Below, one piece after another: positions 51,068 through 63,400 of a stretch of DNA of 64,000 bases. The notes beneath the pieces were generated by a model, which saw only the letters and a list, made by a program, of their open reading frames with translations, searched no databases and had not been told where the DNA came from. The translations under genes were made by a program, and so were the position numbers. How positions within the stretch are numbered: the first letter of the stretch is position 1; every line of letters starts with the position of its first letter. Source of the stretch: Candidatus Zixiibacteriota bacterium (GTDB lineage Bacteria; Zixibacteria; MSB-5A5; UBA10806; 4484-95); assembly GCA_037441845.1 (NCBI GenBank), contig JBBIRK010000008.1, forward strand, positions 6,952 to 70,951, given 5' to 3'.

Positions 51068-52432
51068 TCAACCTCGGCCGTCGATCAGGTGCGGCAGCGG
51101 AAGTTCGATCGTAAAATTGCTTCCTTCGCCTGGCCTGCTTTCCACCTCGATTCTACCGTCATGCGCCAAAACAATATGTTTTACTATCGCCAGACCCAGT
51201 CCGGTTCCACCGCCCTTGCGGCTTCTCGACTTGTCGACACGGTAAAATCGTTCGAAAAGACGGGGGATATGGCTTTTTTCGATTCCGCAGCCATTGTCGA
51301 TTACGCTGATTCTGAGCGTTTTTGCTTCGGTCGTGCAATTCACCCTCACCGATTTGCCGGGATCGCTGTATTTTATGGCGTTATCGATAAGATTGACCAG
51401 CGCTTGTTCGAGCAGGGCCGAATTTATCTTTGCCATCGGGTCGCCGACGCTCTGGAATTCGATCGTGATATTTTTTTCCTTGGCTTTCAGATCACAAGTA
51501 TTGACGGCCGCCTGGATGACGGGGGTGATTCTGTCCACGGCAAGCGAGATCTCGCCTCTTTCGGCCTCCCTTTCTATTCGTGAAAGGCTGAGAAGGTCTT
51601 CGATAATGGCGTTCAGCCTGTCGGCCTGCCTCGATATTATTTCCAGAAAACGGCGGGCATCCTCGGGACTATCGATCGCACCGTCGATGAGGGTTTCGAT
51701 AAATCCTTTTATCGAGGTTATCGGCGTCTTGAGTTCGTGGGAAACATTGGCCACGAAATCCTTGCGCACATTCTCGAGCCTGCGCAGGTGCGTGACATCG
51801 TTCAATACGATCAAATTTCCCAGCCTATCGCCGCCGCTTTCACGCAAGGGCGCGATGTACATATCGAAGAAGCGATCGCCGTCCGGGCCGTGCAAGACGA
51901 TTTCCTCCTCCATCGCACGGTCTTCTGCTATCGATCGCGAAATCAAATTCTGCATAGGCGAATTACGGACTATTTCCTGGACATGGCGGCCCCGGGCATC
52001 TGAATCGATCAAGCCGAACATCTGAGCCGCCGCCCGATTGATATTGATGATCCGTTCGTCCATATCGATGGCTATTATCCCCTCGATCAGACTGCTCATC
52101 ACCGCGTTCTGCTCGATTTCCCTTTTCTCCAGTTGACTGATTTTAGTTTCGATCTCTTCCATCAACCGATTGAGCCTAGCGGCCGTCGGTTCGATTTCGA
52201 GAAGCCCGCCGGAACTTGCGCGCGCCGCGAAATCACCGGTCAAGGCATGCTCGATCGCGGAGTCCAAACCCGCGACCCCTCTTTTCAATTTCGATTTCAG
52301 GAGTTGTGCGGTCAGGAAGGCGGTAAGCAAAAGAAAAAGATTCAGAACCACAATCAGCGGCGGCGTCACAGTCTTGCTGGTAAAAAGAGTGATTACGACT
52401 ATTAAAATAGCGAGTTCGAGAACGACAACCAA
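51068..52432 (-). CDS. phoR: PhoR-like sensor histidine kinase
   Basis: 454-aa ORF with N-terminal TM helices, a PAS-like segment, the H-box VSHELKTPITSIKG, the N-box LIDNAIKYS and G-boxes DNGCGI/GGTGLGLAIV. It follows phoB and adjoins the pst genes. Confidence 0.85.
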   Translation of the reverse strand: MVVVLELAILIVVITLFTSKTVTPPLIVVLNLFLLLTAFLTAQLLKSKLKRGVAGLDSAIEHALTGDFAARASSGGLLEIEPTAARLNRLMEEIETKISQLEKREIEQNAVMSSLIEGIIAIDMDERIININRAAAQMFGLIDSDARGRHVQEIVRNSPMQNLISRSIAEDRAMEEEIVLHGPDGDRFFDMYIAPLRESGGDRLGNLIVLNDVTHLRRLENVRKDFVANVSHELKTPITSIKGFIETLIDGAIDSPEDARRFLEIISRQADRLNAIIEDLLSLSRIEREAERGEISLAVDRITPVIQAAVNTCDLKAKEKNITIEFQSVGDPMAKINSALLEQALVNLIDNAIKYSDPGKSVRVNCTTEAKTLRISVIDNGCGIEKSHIPRLFERFYRVDKSRSRKGGGTGLGLAIVKHIVLAHDGRIEVESRPGEGSNFTIELPLPHLIDGRG

Positions 52433-52472
52433 GACCGCGAATAGAAACCAAAATACCGATCTGCTGTTCAGC

Positions 52473-53168
52473 TTAAAGCTCCTTGAAACGGTAGCCGACG
52501 CCCCTCACGGTTTCGATATACTTGGCATAGGAGCCCAGTTTTTTCCTCAGCCCCACTACTTGGACATCTATCGATCGGTCGGTAACCGGGTAATCTTCGC
52601 CTTTGATCGCATTTACGATCTGATAGCGCGTAAACACCCAACCCGGACGGCCGGCCAAAAAATGCAACAGGCGGAATTCGCTCAATGTCAACTCTAACCG
52701 TTTGCCTTTGATCGAAACCTCGTGGCGCCCCGGGTGGATGATCAAATCATCGATCTTTATTGGGGTATCGGGATCGAAATTGGTCTTGGCCTTGCGCCGG
52801 AGTATCGCCCTCACTCTGGCGATGAGTATTCGTGGGCTGAACGGCTTGGTTATATAATCATCGGCACCCAGCTCCAGTCCGGCGACGATATCGGCTTCCT
52901 CGCCCCGGGCGGTGAGCATTATAAGCGGCACATGCGCCGTTTTGGAATCGCCGCGCAACTGCCGGCAAACCTCGAAACCGTCGATTCCCGGCAGCATCAA
53001 ATCGAGGATAATCAAATCCGGCGGATTGGCTTTGGCCCTACGCAATCCATCCTCGCCGCTGATAGCGCCGGTAAAATCGAACCCCTCTTTGAGAAGATTG
53101 TATCTTATCAATTCGAGAATATCCTCGTCATCTTCAATGGCCAAAATGGTCTGTTTGGGCAAAATCAC
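52473..53168 (-). CDS. phoB: PhoB-like OmpR-family response regulator
   Basis: 231-aa ORF. The REC domain reads ILAIEDDEDI...DLIILDLMLPGIDG, and the winged helix reads LTLSEFRLLHFLAGRPGWVFTRYQIV...DRSIDVQVVGLRKKL...IETVRGVGYRF. TTG at 53162 (GGAGG 5 nt upstream) may be the true start. Confidence 0.88.
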   Translation of the reverse strand: MILPKQTILAIEDDEDILELIRYNLLKEGFDFTGAISGEDGLRRAKANPPDLIILDLMLPGIDGFEVCRQLRGDSKTAHVPLIMLTARGEEADIVAGLELGADDYITKPFSPRILIARVRAILRRKAKTNFDPDTPIKIDDLIIHPGRHEVSIKGKRLELTLSEFRLLHFLAGRPGWVFTRYQIVNAIKGEDYPVTDRSIDVQVVGLRKKLGSYAKYIETVRGVGYRFKEL

Positions 53169-53422
53169 CTCCGCGAATTATGAAATTTCCATGCCCAATT
53201 GTCCGACTTTAGCGTTAGGGTACGATTAGGAATTCGCAAGATTCTCATTTCCATTTTTTGGGGCCGGCCGGTAATTTCCCGCTATTGTTATTATTAAATA
53301 AAGTCGGCATCAAGAGAAAGTTTCGGCCGAATGTCACTTCGGTCGATCGCCGCAATTGACATCGCCGTCACCCGCGGTTATTTATCACTATATGTTGCGT
53401 CATCTCAGAGGTGAACCGATAA

Positions 53423-54073
53423 ATGCCGAGAACTAAATCGAGCAAAATCGCCGAGTTGGAGAAACTTCCGCATTATCTGAAAGAATGCGAAAAATACGCT
53501 GGCAAATGGGCCGCCGCTTATTTCGGCAACGACCACCCGCTGGTGATCGAGCTGGGCTGCGGAAAAGGTGAATATGCCAATTGGCTGGCCCGGCTTTTCC
53601 CGCACAAAAATTTCATCGGCATCGATATAAAGGGGGCGCGTCTGTGGCGGGCGGCCGGTGATTCGGCGACCCTGGGATTGACCAATGTCGTGTTCATCCG
53701 AGCCCGGGCCGAGCAAATCGATCGCCTGTTCGGTCCGGCGGAAATCGACGAAATCTGGCTTCCGTTCCCCGATCCTTTCCCTAAAAGGAGGCATGTTTCC
53801 AAGCGGATGACCACACCCGATTTCTTGCGCCGCTATCGCCGAATTTTGCGACCGGGCGGAAAGTTGCATCTGAAAACCGATGATGCAGGGATGTTCGATT
53901 TCACCCGTGAGATGTTGTTGCGGGAAGGTTGGAAAATAAACGTATTCGTTCCTGATCTGCACGGGTCGGGCGTCGTCGATGAGGTGATCGGATTTCGGAC
54001 CGACTACGAACGGCGGCATCTGGCCGAGGGGAAAACCATCGGCTATCTATCGGCATTGCCGCCGGAAAAGTGA
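53423..54073 (+). CDS. trmB: tRNA (guanine-N7)-methyltransferase
   Basis: 216-aa ORF. It has the SAM motif IELGCGKGEY, plus NFIGIDIKG, IWLPFPDPFPKRRHVSKRM and LKTDD, typical of TrmB. Confidence 0.9.
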   Translation: MPRTKSSKIAELEKLPHYLKECEKYAGKWAAAYFGNDHPLVIELGCGKGEYANWLARLFPHKNFIGIDIKGARLWRAAGDSATLGLTNVVFIRARAEQIDRLFGPAEIDEIWLPFPDPFPKRRHVSKRMTTPDFLRRYRRILRPGGKLHLKTDDAGMFDFTREMLLREGWKINVFVPDLHGSGVVDEVIGFRTDYERRHLAEGKTIGYLSALPPEK

Positions 54074-54119
54074 TCGAACGGCAGGATTTTCATTTTCGCG
54101 GCGGCCGCTGAAAAGGTAT

Positions 54120-54148
54120 TTGACCTATCCGCTTCGGTTAGTTATAGT
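54120..54148 (+). promoter_or_regulatory. sigma70-like promoter for the pentapeptide-repeat gene
   Basis: TTGACC (54120-54125), 17 nt, TATAGT (54143-54148). Confidence 0.45.
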
Positions 54149-54168
54149 CTCGTCGAAAGACAACTTAT

Positions 54169-55812
54169 TTGAACATTATTATGGGGGTAAAACCAATGGA
54201 TAATATATGCTACTGCGGACGAGACGTTAATCTTCCCCACGATTTCGAGCATTGCCTTTTTCACGCCCCGAAAGAAAAGAAGGGGATGGATGTGGAAAAG
54301 TTCAATGAGAAGATATATGAGCAAATAAGGGACGGCGATTTTAATTTTAGAGGCTACGTCTTTCCGGGGAATATCGATTTTACAGGACACGACTCCATCA
54401 GCGTGCTGTCTAATGCCGATTTTCATGAAGCGGAATTTCATGACGCAGTGAATTTTTCTAACGCGAATTTTGATAATTACGCGAATTTTGAACAGACCCA
54501 CTTCCATGGTGTTGTTTATTTTTGTAAAGCAAAATTTCATGACGCTGTGAATTTTAACGATGCGAAGTTTGATTATAACGCCGAATTTGCCGATGCCCGC
54601 TTTGAGGGCCGAGCCAGGTTTCAAAAGACGGTATTCGATAACGCGGAATTTACGGGAGCGCAATTTGCGAAAGATGTCGATTTCGCGGGAGCGTCATTCA
54701 AATACGTTAGTTTCAGTTATGTCAGATTTTCAAATTACACGTCATTCAAAAGCACTAATTTTTCGCAAGAGACCTATTTCTTAAATACAACGTTTTCGAC
54801 CTACGCCGAATTTCTTGAAGCGAGTTTCTCGGGCTCAACTATTTTCGGGGGTTGCCGATTCGAAGGGCGCGTCGTTTTTGAAAAGATAACCGTAACGGAA
54901 GACTCATTGCTGAGATTCAGCAGAATTAATATCGGTGCCGATTCCTCTTTCGAGTTGTCCTCTCCTGAAAACAAAAAAAATAGCGGTTCAATCATCCTTT
55001 TCGATCAAGCCATATTCCGCGAATACAGCACGATTTTCAAAAACACGATTTCCGCCCCCGACGGCCTGACCATCCTATTCCGGCATTGCCAGCTGAAAGA
55101 TGTTTATTTCATCGGTTGCGACCTTTCCGCTTCTTCGTTCTACACGAGCAATTTCGATCAAGCCAGATTCCATTCCAACAAATGGGGTTCTTCCGCCGGG
55201 AACGAAAGAAAACTTATAGAGGAAACTTGGTTCGAACAGCGCGAAAAGCTTAATGAAGAAGAAAGAAGAATATTCGATGAAAAATATCGGATTGCGAGCC
55301 TAATCTCAAGAAGAGAGATCGCCGCCATCTACCGCCGCCTGAAAGCGGCCCACGACTACACCAAGGATTTCCCCGAAGCCGGCCATTTTTATTATAACGA
55401 ATGCGAGACTATCCGTAGATATTTTCTTCACGAAGACAAAGGATTCATATCCAGATGCCGGGCCGGACTATATGCCGTTTACAATTTAATCGCCGGCTAT
55501 GGGGAAAGACCGCTGCGGGCGGCTTGTTGGCTGGGTGGTTCCTTGATACTTTTCGCTGCACTCAATTACCTCATCGGTATCGAAAAGCTGGATCGCGCCG
55601 GCAACAGCCTCGGAATCGTCAGAAACGCTTCGGACGTAATCACGTTCACGGTCATGCGCGTAATCCCGATGAGCCTTTTCCCGTTCCAGAGAAACGCCTA
55701 CGAGCCGAACGGACTTTTCGCATTGATGATAGCCTTGCTGAACTCGCTGATACCTCTGGTTTTGATCACTTTCATCCTACTCGGCCTCAAACGTCGATTC
55801 AGGCGCTATTGA
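54169..55812 (+). CDS. pentapeptide-repeat protein with N-terminal Cys/His motif and C-terminal transmembrane domain
   Basis: 547-aa ORF. Long runs of A(D/N)(F/L)xx pentapeptides are present (ADFHEAEFHDAVNFSNANFDNYANFEQTHFHG...AKFDYNAEFADARFEGRARFQKTVFDNAEFTGAQF). The N-terminus reads CYCGRDVNLPHDFEHCLFH. Three C-terminal hydrophobic helices are visible (CWLGGSLILFAALNYLIGI, VITFTVMRVIPMSLFPF, LFALMIALLNSLIPLVLITFILLGL). The probable true start is the ATG at 54196 (GGGGGT 7 nt upstream). Confidence 0.8.
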   Translation: MNIIMGVKPMDNICYCGRDVNLPHDFEHCLFHAPKEKKGMDVEKFNEKIYEQIRDGDFNFRGYVFPGNIDFTGHDSISVLSNADFHEAEFHDAVNFSNANFDNYANFEQTHFHGVVYFCKAKFHDAVNFNDAKFDYNAEFADARFEGRARFQKTVFDNAEFTGAQFAKDVDFAGASFKYVSFSYVRFSNYTSFKSTNFSQETYFLNTTFSTYAEFLEASFSGSTIFGGCRFEGRVVFEKITVTEDSLLRFSRINIGADSSFELSSPENKKNSGSIILFDQAIFREYSTIFKNTISAPDGLTILFRHCQLKDVYFIGCDLSASSFYTSNFDQARFHSNKWGSSAGNERKLIEETWFEQREKLNEEERRIFDEKYRIASLISRREIAAIYRRLKAAHDYTKDFPEAGHFYYNECETIRRYFLHEDKGFISRCRAGLYAVYNLIAGYGERPLRAACWLGGSLILFAALNYLIGIEKLDRAGNSLGIVRNASDVITFTVMRVIPMSLFPFQRNAYEPNGLFALMIALLNSLIPLVLITFILLGLKRRFRRY

Positions 55813-55903
55813 AATCCCTCCCGTAAGGTTGACTTGTCTTAAGAGAATGCCCCTTTTTCTCGGTATAGAAATGTTGATCCGAGAACCGCTATCGGCCGGG
55901 CCG

Positions 55904-58202
<2,299 letters not shown>

Positions 58203-58217
58203 CGTTTCCGTTATTAT

Positions 58218-58246
58218 ATTATACTATTTAGACCGTCTCAAATCAA
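58218..58246 (-). promoter_or_regulatory. sigma70 promoter for DUF721-gyrB
   Basis: The minus strand reads TTGATT (58246-58241), 17 nt, TATAAT (58223-58218), about 15 nt upstream of the ATG at 58202. Confidence 0.5.
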
Positions 58247-58328
58247 GTTTCCAAATAAAAAATGTGCTTGGGCAACTTCCTGTCTGACAATTGGTTATGG
58301 TTTGTCAATCGCCGGTCACAAAGACACC

Positions 58329-59534
58329 TCAGACCATATTGCGATGGGAAAACAGATTATGGGCGTGAAGCCCGAAACGGGAACCGATAAACTCCGCCTG
58401 CTCGGCCGTGGCGGTGATCACCAGCAACTCCTCAGATTCAAAATCCGCTAAGTTCAAATCGCCCAAAAAACGCCATTCATGTTCGGGTTTCCAGTTACCG
58501 CCCGCCGATCCCTGGTTTTGGAAATATGGCTGGTCGCTCGTCGATAATCGTCGGTATAGGGTATGCGGACCGTAAATCACCGGTCGGATACCTGTTCTTG
58601 AGGCGGCTTTTCTTTTTATGGCGATGGCGAACGGTTCGAAATTCAGTCGATTGTATCGATTACGCCAGGTCATGAGCGGAAGCATTTCTTGCGGAGGCAA
58701 ATTGGAAAACGCCACCGCCTTCCGCCTTTCGTTTTGATTTCGCTCCGAGCCGTAAATGATCTTGCTTTCGAGAATATTGCAAAGAGTGTGGAACGCCGTG
58801 GCCGGATAAGATTCCGATTCGGTTATCCGCCGGTAATAATCGAATCTTTTCTGGTTCGGCCAGGCCGAATGAAAAGTGTGGGTCCAGTGCGCCACATGAT
58901 CCCAATTGGAAATCGGCCGAATATCGTTTTCGATAATATGGGCTGATTCACCTGAAGTCTTTCCGAGGGGGCGATATGGAATACGATAGCCGTCGATTAT
59001 TTCTTTGCCGGCGACCGAATCAAGCAACCGATCCAGATTGCCCCCGGACCTTACCGACACGGGAATAATCAAATCCGCCAATCGGAACAACGATTCGTCG
59101 CGTATCGGCCAGTTCGATTTTGGTGACCGTGATCTCCTTTTCTGGAAAAACGCAAAGCCAACCTCCTCCGGCCGCAATTTGAAGTCATCGATAAGAAGCG
59201 AGATTATCTTGTCCTGATTTTCCGTGGCCGCGACCGGGCATACGATTATTTGCCTGAATCGGTATGCGCTGCAAATATAGATCTGCAATTCCCATGTCGT
59301 AATACCGACACTCGTCAAGATGGTGTAACCGCTCGACCCCGCGAATTTTATCGCCTCGATTGTCTGTTTCACCCAATCGTCCCGGCCGCAGGGGGTTTTC
59401 GATTGGCGTGAATTGAGAATAAGAGCCGTTCTATCTCGGAACAAAGAATGTGGTGCTTTCACGATTATTTCTATCGGTCCACCATAGGAGCTGGTCGCAA
59501 TCCGGGGAATTTCGGCATGGCTTGAATTATCCAT
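58329..59534 (-). CDS. fusion protein: N-terminal DprA/Smf-like (SLOG superfamily) Rossmann domain + C-terminal AbiGi-like domain
   Basis: 401-aa ORF. The N-terminal half (ALILNSRQSKTPCGRDDWV...GYTILTSVGITTWE...QIIVCPV...RDESLFRLADLIIPVSVRSGGNLDRLL) is co-linear with the DprA Rossmann core (IVGSRxAS..G / IVSGLAxGID / IAVL / RNxII..L..vvVEA..SGsL). The C-terminal half (VAHWTHTF...FHTLCNILESKIIYGSE...AVAFSNLPPQEM...FAIAIKRKAASRTGIRPVIY...EHEWRFLGDL...LLVI) follows the pattern I recall for Pfam AbiGi (PF10899). Neither assignment was verified by search. Confidence 0.55.
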   Translation of the reverse strand: MDNSSHAEIPRIATSSYGGPIEIIVKAPHSLFRDRTALILNSRQSKTPCGRDDWVKQTIEAIKFAGSSGYTILTSVGITTWELQIYICSAYRFRQIIVCPVAATENQDKIISLLIDDFKLRPEEVGFAFFQKRRSRSPKSNWPIRDESLFRLADLIIPVSVRSGGNLDRLLDSVAGKEIIDGYRIPYRPLGKTSGESAHIIENDIRPISNWDHVAHWTHTFHSAWPNQKRFDYYRRITESESYPATAFHTLCNILESKIIYGSERNQNERRKAVAFSNLPPQEMLPLMTWRNRYNRLNFEPFAIAIKRKAASRTGIRPVIYGPHTLYRRLSTSDQPYFQNQGSAGGNWKPEHEWRFLGDLNLADFESEELLVITATAEQAEFIGSRFGLHAHNLFSHRNMV

Positions 59535-59717
59535 AGACTACATAATAATCCATTATGGCCGACATTTTTGCAAGAGATATGAAACCTCGGGCGGCGGTTT
59601 TGCCGTTGACTTGATGGTGGCGGCGGTTATATTTCATTTAGCCGGCGCAACGGCATGAAATAAGCTTGATAAGACGGAATCGATTTCGACGACATTTCTG
59701 CGGCAAGCCGGCAAACA

Positions 59718-60446
59718 ATGCGGCTTCTGAAACGTAATATTAGTGCGACGATGAATAGATTGATTATAATCGGTGCCATCATCTTGCTCGCGGCGGCGCC
59801 CTTTGCCCAGATCGGCCAGAAAACCGACGATCCGTCCGCCGTTACCATCGCCCGTCTTCGCTACACCGGAGGGGCCGATTGGTATTGGGGAAGATCCGCC
59901 CTGCCCAATCTTCATCGTTTCCTCGATCAAAATACTCCCATCAAAGCGATTGACCGCGAGGTAAATATCGAATTAACCAGCCCGGAGTTATATAAATATC
60001 CGATACTGTTCATGACTGGCCACGGGAACGTGAAGTTCAGCGATCAAGAGGTGGCCGCGCTGAGAGAATACCTTGCCGCCGGCGGATTCTTGTTCGCAAA
60101 CGACAGCTACGGCCTGGCGCCTGCATTCCGGCGCGAGATGAAAAAAGTCTTTCCCGGGCAGGAGCTCACCGAATTGCCGTTCAGCCATCCGATCTTTCAT
60201 GTATTATATGAATTTCCGAACGGGTTGCCTAAAATCCACGAACATGACAACAAACCGCCGCAGGGGTTCGGGCTTTTCTGGTCGGCCAATCCCGCTGAAA
60301 AGAAGCGGCTTGTGGTCTTTTTCGCTTACGAAAGCGACATCGGCGACGGCTTGGAAGACAGCGAGGTTTACAACGACCCCCCGGAAAAACATCAAGCGGC
60401 CCTGAAAATGGCGGCGAATATCGTGGCTTACGCCATGATGCAATAG
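59718..60446 (+). CDS. DUF4159-like secreted protein
   Basis: 242-aa ORF with a signal peptide (LIIIGAIILLAAAPFAQ). IARLRYTGGADWYWGRSALPNLHRFL and PILFMTGHGNVKFSDQEVAALREYLAAGGFLFAND fit DUF4159 (class-I glutamine-amidotransferase-like fold), from recollection. Confidence 0.6.
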   Translation: MRLLKRNISATMNRLIIIGAIILLAAAPFAQIGQKTDDPSAVTIARLRYTGGADWYWGRSALPNLHRFLDQNTPIKAIDREVNIELTSPELYKYPILFMTGHGNVKFSDQEVAALREYLAAGGFLFANDSYGLAPAFRREMKKVFPGQELTELPFSHPIFHVLYEFPNGLPKIHEHDNKPPQGFGLFWSANPAEKKRLVVFFAYESDIGDGLEDSEVYNDPPEKHQAALKMAANIVAYAMMQ

Positions 60447-60453
60447 GTGATAT

Positions 60454-63400
60454 ATGGGAAGTAAAGAATACTCTACGATAGTCGAAAAGCTGCGGCACAC
60501 CGGCAAAAGCATCAGCCGCCGGCTGGCTATCGAGGGGTCGTTCAGGCTGGCCTCTTTGCTGGCTGCGGTTTCGGTCGTACTCTGGTTTATCACTTTGATT
60601 TTCTGGCCCGGTCCTGCTTTTCGCATGACGGCGGCGGTCGTAGTTTCGGCCGCGGCGGCCGTTTACGCCTATCTGGCGATTATCAGGCCGCTTCTTCGTA
60701 AACCGCCTTTGGCCTCCGTCGCCCTCAGACTTGAGCGCCGCTACGGAAAACTGCAATCGCGCTTGATCGGGGCTTTGCAGCTTTATGACAAAATGGCCGA
60801 CAATCGTGAGAATTATTCCTTGGAATTGATCGAAAAAACAATCGAGGAAGCGGGCGAAGAAATAAAAAATATCGATTTCTCGGTGGCGGTAGCCAAAAAC
60901 AAAAGGCCGCTACGCCTCATGCTCGTCGCATTCTGCCTGCTCGGTTTAGTTTCTCTCGTATCCTTGAACACTCTTGGACAGACGCTGCTTCTCTATACCA
61001 ACCCGCTGGCCGATATCCCGCGTCCGACGAATATACGGTTGTCGATCGACCCCATAAACGCCGAGGTTGTAAAGAACGAGGACATATTGGTTCAAATCAG
61101 AGCCGAAGGCGGCAGAATCGGCCGCCCTAAGTTCAACTATCGCCATGGTGACGATTCCTGGTTCGAGGTGCCGCCCGAGGAAATTGCGGCCGACAGCTCG
61201 AATATCGGCGGCGCATTCGCCTTCACTTTCAAGAAGCTCCGCCGCGACGTGGAATTTTACGCATCCGCCGGTTCCGCTCGATCGCCTATCGGAAAAATCA
61301 AAGTCATCGATCCGCCTCGAATCATTGATGTTTCGGTCACCCTGAACTACCCGAAATATACGGGAATGGCCGATAAAACACTGCCGCCCAACGAGGGCTC
61401 GGTCACCGCGATTAAGGGAACCCGGGTCAAATTCGAAGGCAGAGTGAATAAACCGATAAGCGATGCGCAGATCGTGTTCATGGATTCCACCGGGAAGCTA
61501 ATGGCGACTCGAAAGCTTTCGATAAGCCCAAAAGGGATCAGCGGCGACTTCCGGGTCGATTTCAGCGGCGCGTACAGAGTGGAAATCAGCGACTCCGCGG
61601 GTTTGACGAACCCCAAACCGATAAATTACGAGATTACCGCCTTGGCCGACTATCCCCCTGCGATAAACATCACTTTCCCGGCAAGCGATATCGATCTCGA
61701 CGAACGGATGTTCGTTCCACTTACCGCCGAGATTCATGACGATTACGGATTTTCCCGACTCGATCTGGTTTACTGGATATCCTCCGAGGGAAAAGAAAGC
61801 GAACATCGGAGAATCACCTTGACCCGTGACTTCAACGGTCAATTGGAGGGGATCGTCGAATACGACTGGTCGGTCGAGGAACTGAACTTGATGCCCGGCG
61901 ATCTGGCCCATTATTATCTCGAGATTTTCGACAACGACGCCGTTTCCGGAACCAAATCGGCGCAAAGCAAGACCTACAGCGCCCGGCTGCCCAGCCTCGA
62001 TGAAATCGTGGCCGATATCACCGGCGGCCGTGAGGATATTATCGAACAGATGCAGGAAGCCTCGGCCTATCAAAAACAGCTGAAGGAACAGTTGGAAAAT
62101 ATCGCCAGGGAAATGCAATCGGCCAACCAGGTCAACTGGGAGAAGAAAAGCGAAATCCAGGCGGCGGTGAACCGGCAGAAAGATATCGCCGAGAAGGTCG
62201 AAAAGGCCGCCCGCCAATTGGCCGAGAACATCGAAAAGCTCGATCGTCAGCAAATGGCCGCCGAGGAGATGCTCGACAAAATGCGCGAAATCCAGGAACT
62301 GATGGAAAAGGTCGCTACACCCGAATTAAAGGAAGCCATGCGTCGTCTCGAAGAGGCTATGCGGCAGATGGACCCCGAACGCCTTAAAGAGGCCTTGAAG
62401 AATTTCCAATTAAACCTCGAGCAGCTGAACAAGAACCTGGACCGCACATTGGCCCTGCTGAAACAGCTCGAGTTGGAGCAGAAACTTGACACCATGGCGA
62501 AAATGGCTGAAAAACTCGCGGAAGAGCAGGGAAAAATCAACCAGCGGCTCGAACAATGCTCTTCGCAAAATGAAATGGGGCAATTGCGAAAGCCACAGGA
62601 AAGCCAACAGCAAGGCCTGGAAAGCATCAAAGAGCAAATGCAGAAAACCGCCGATTTGAACGAAGAGGTGCAAACGATCGCCCCCGAGGATATCGAGCAG
62701 GCGATGAAGGAGTTGAATTCCGAGGAATTGAAGAATCTGCTCGAATCGATGATGCAGAATCTGCAATCCGGAAACAAGAGCAATTGCTCCAGCTCGGGCA
62801 AGAAAATTCAACAGAAATTCCGCGATCTGGCCGGCATGTTCAAATCGATGCTGCAAAAAACCCAGAGCCGCCAGCAACAAATGATCGTCGAGGCGATCCG
62901 CAAAGCGATAGAGGATATCTTATATATATCGAAATCTCAGGAAGCGTTGGCCGAATCGACCCGGGCTTGCTCGCAGCGGGGAGGCAATTTCTCCGGCCTG
63001 ACCGGCGAACAAGCCGAGTTGATCGACGCCACGGAGCGGGCCGCCGACAAAGTATCCGAACTGACGAAAATGACCCTGTTCGTTAATTTTTCCACGATGC
63101 AAAAATTGGGTGAGGCTCTTCGGGCGATGGAGAAATCCACGAAAGATCTCGGTAGCAGGCAGCCCGCTATTGCCGTAAACGGCCAAATCCAGGCGATGTC
63201 GGCGCTCAATCAAACGGCCCGCATGCTCATGAAATCGCAAGGACAGGCCAGCGCCTGCCAGTCGGGAACCGGAATGAACGAAATGATGCAACAATTATCG
63301 CAACTGGGCCAAATGCAGATGCAACTGAATCAACAAACCCAATCGCTCATGCCGATTCCGATGGGGCAGGCGATGAGTTTGATTCAGCAACGTCAACTCG

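Noticed and set aside
51294-54019. ORFs 51294..52025 (+), 52170..52697 (+), 52722..53183 (+) and 53405..54019 (-)
   Set aside because: They are antisense to phoR, phoB and trmB respectively, all of which have diagnostic motifs.
54142-54663. 173-aa minus-strand ORF in the low-GC region
   Set aside because: It is antisense to the pentapeptide-repeat gene. The repeats are periodic, so the antisense frame also stays open, and its K/I/F-rich translation is a by-product of that.
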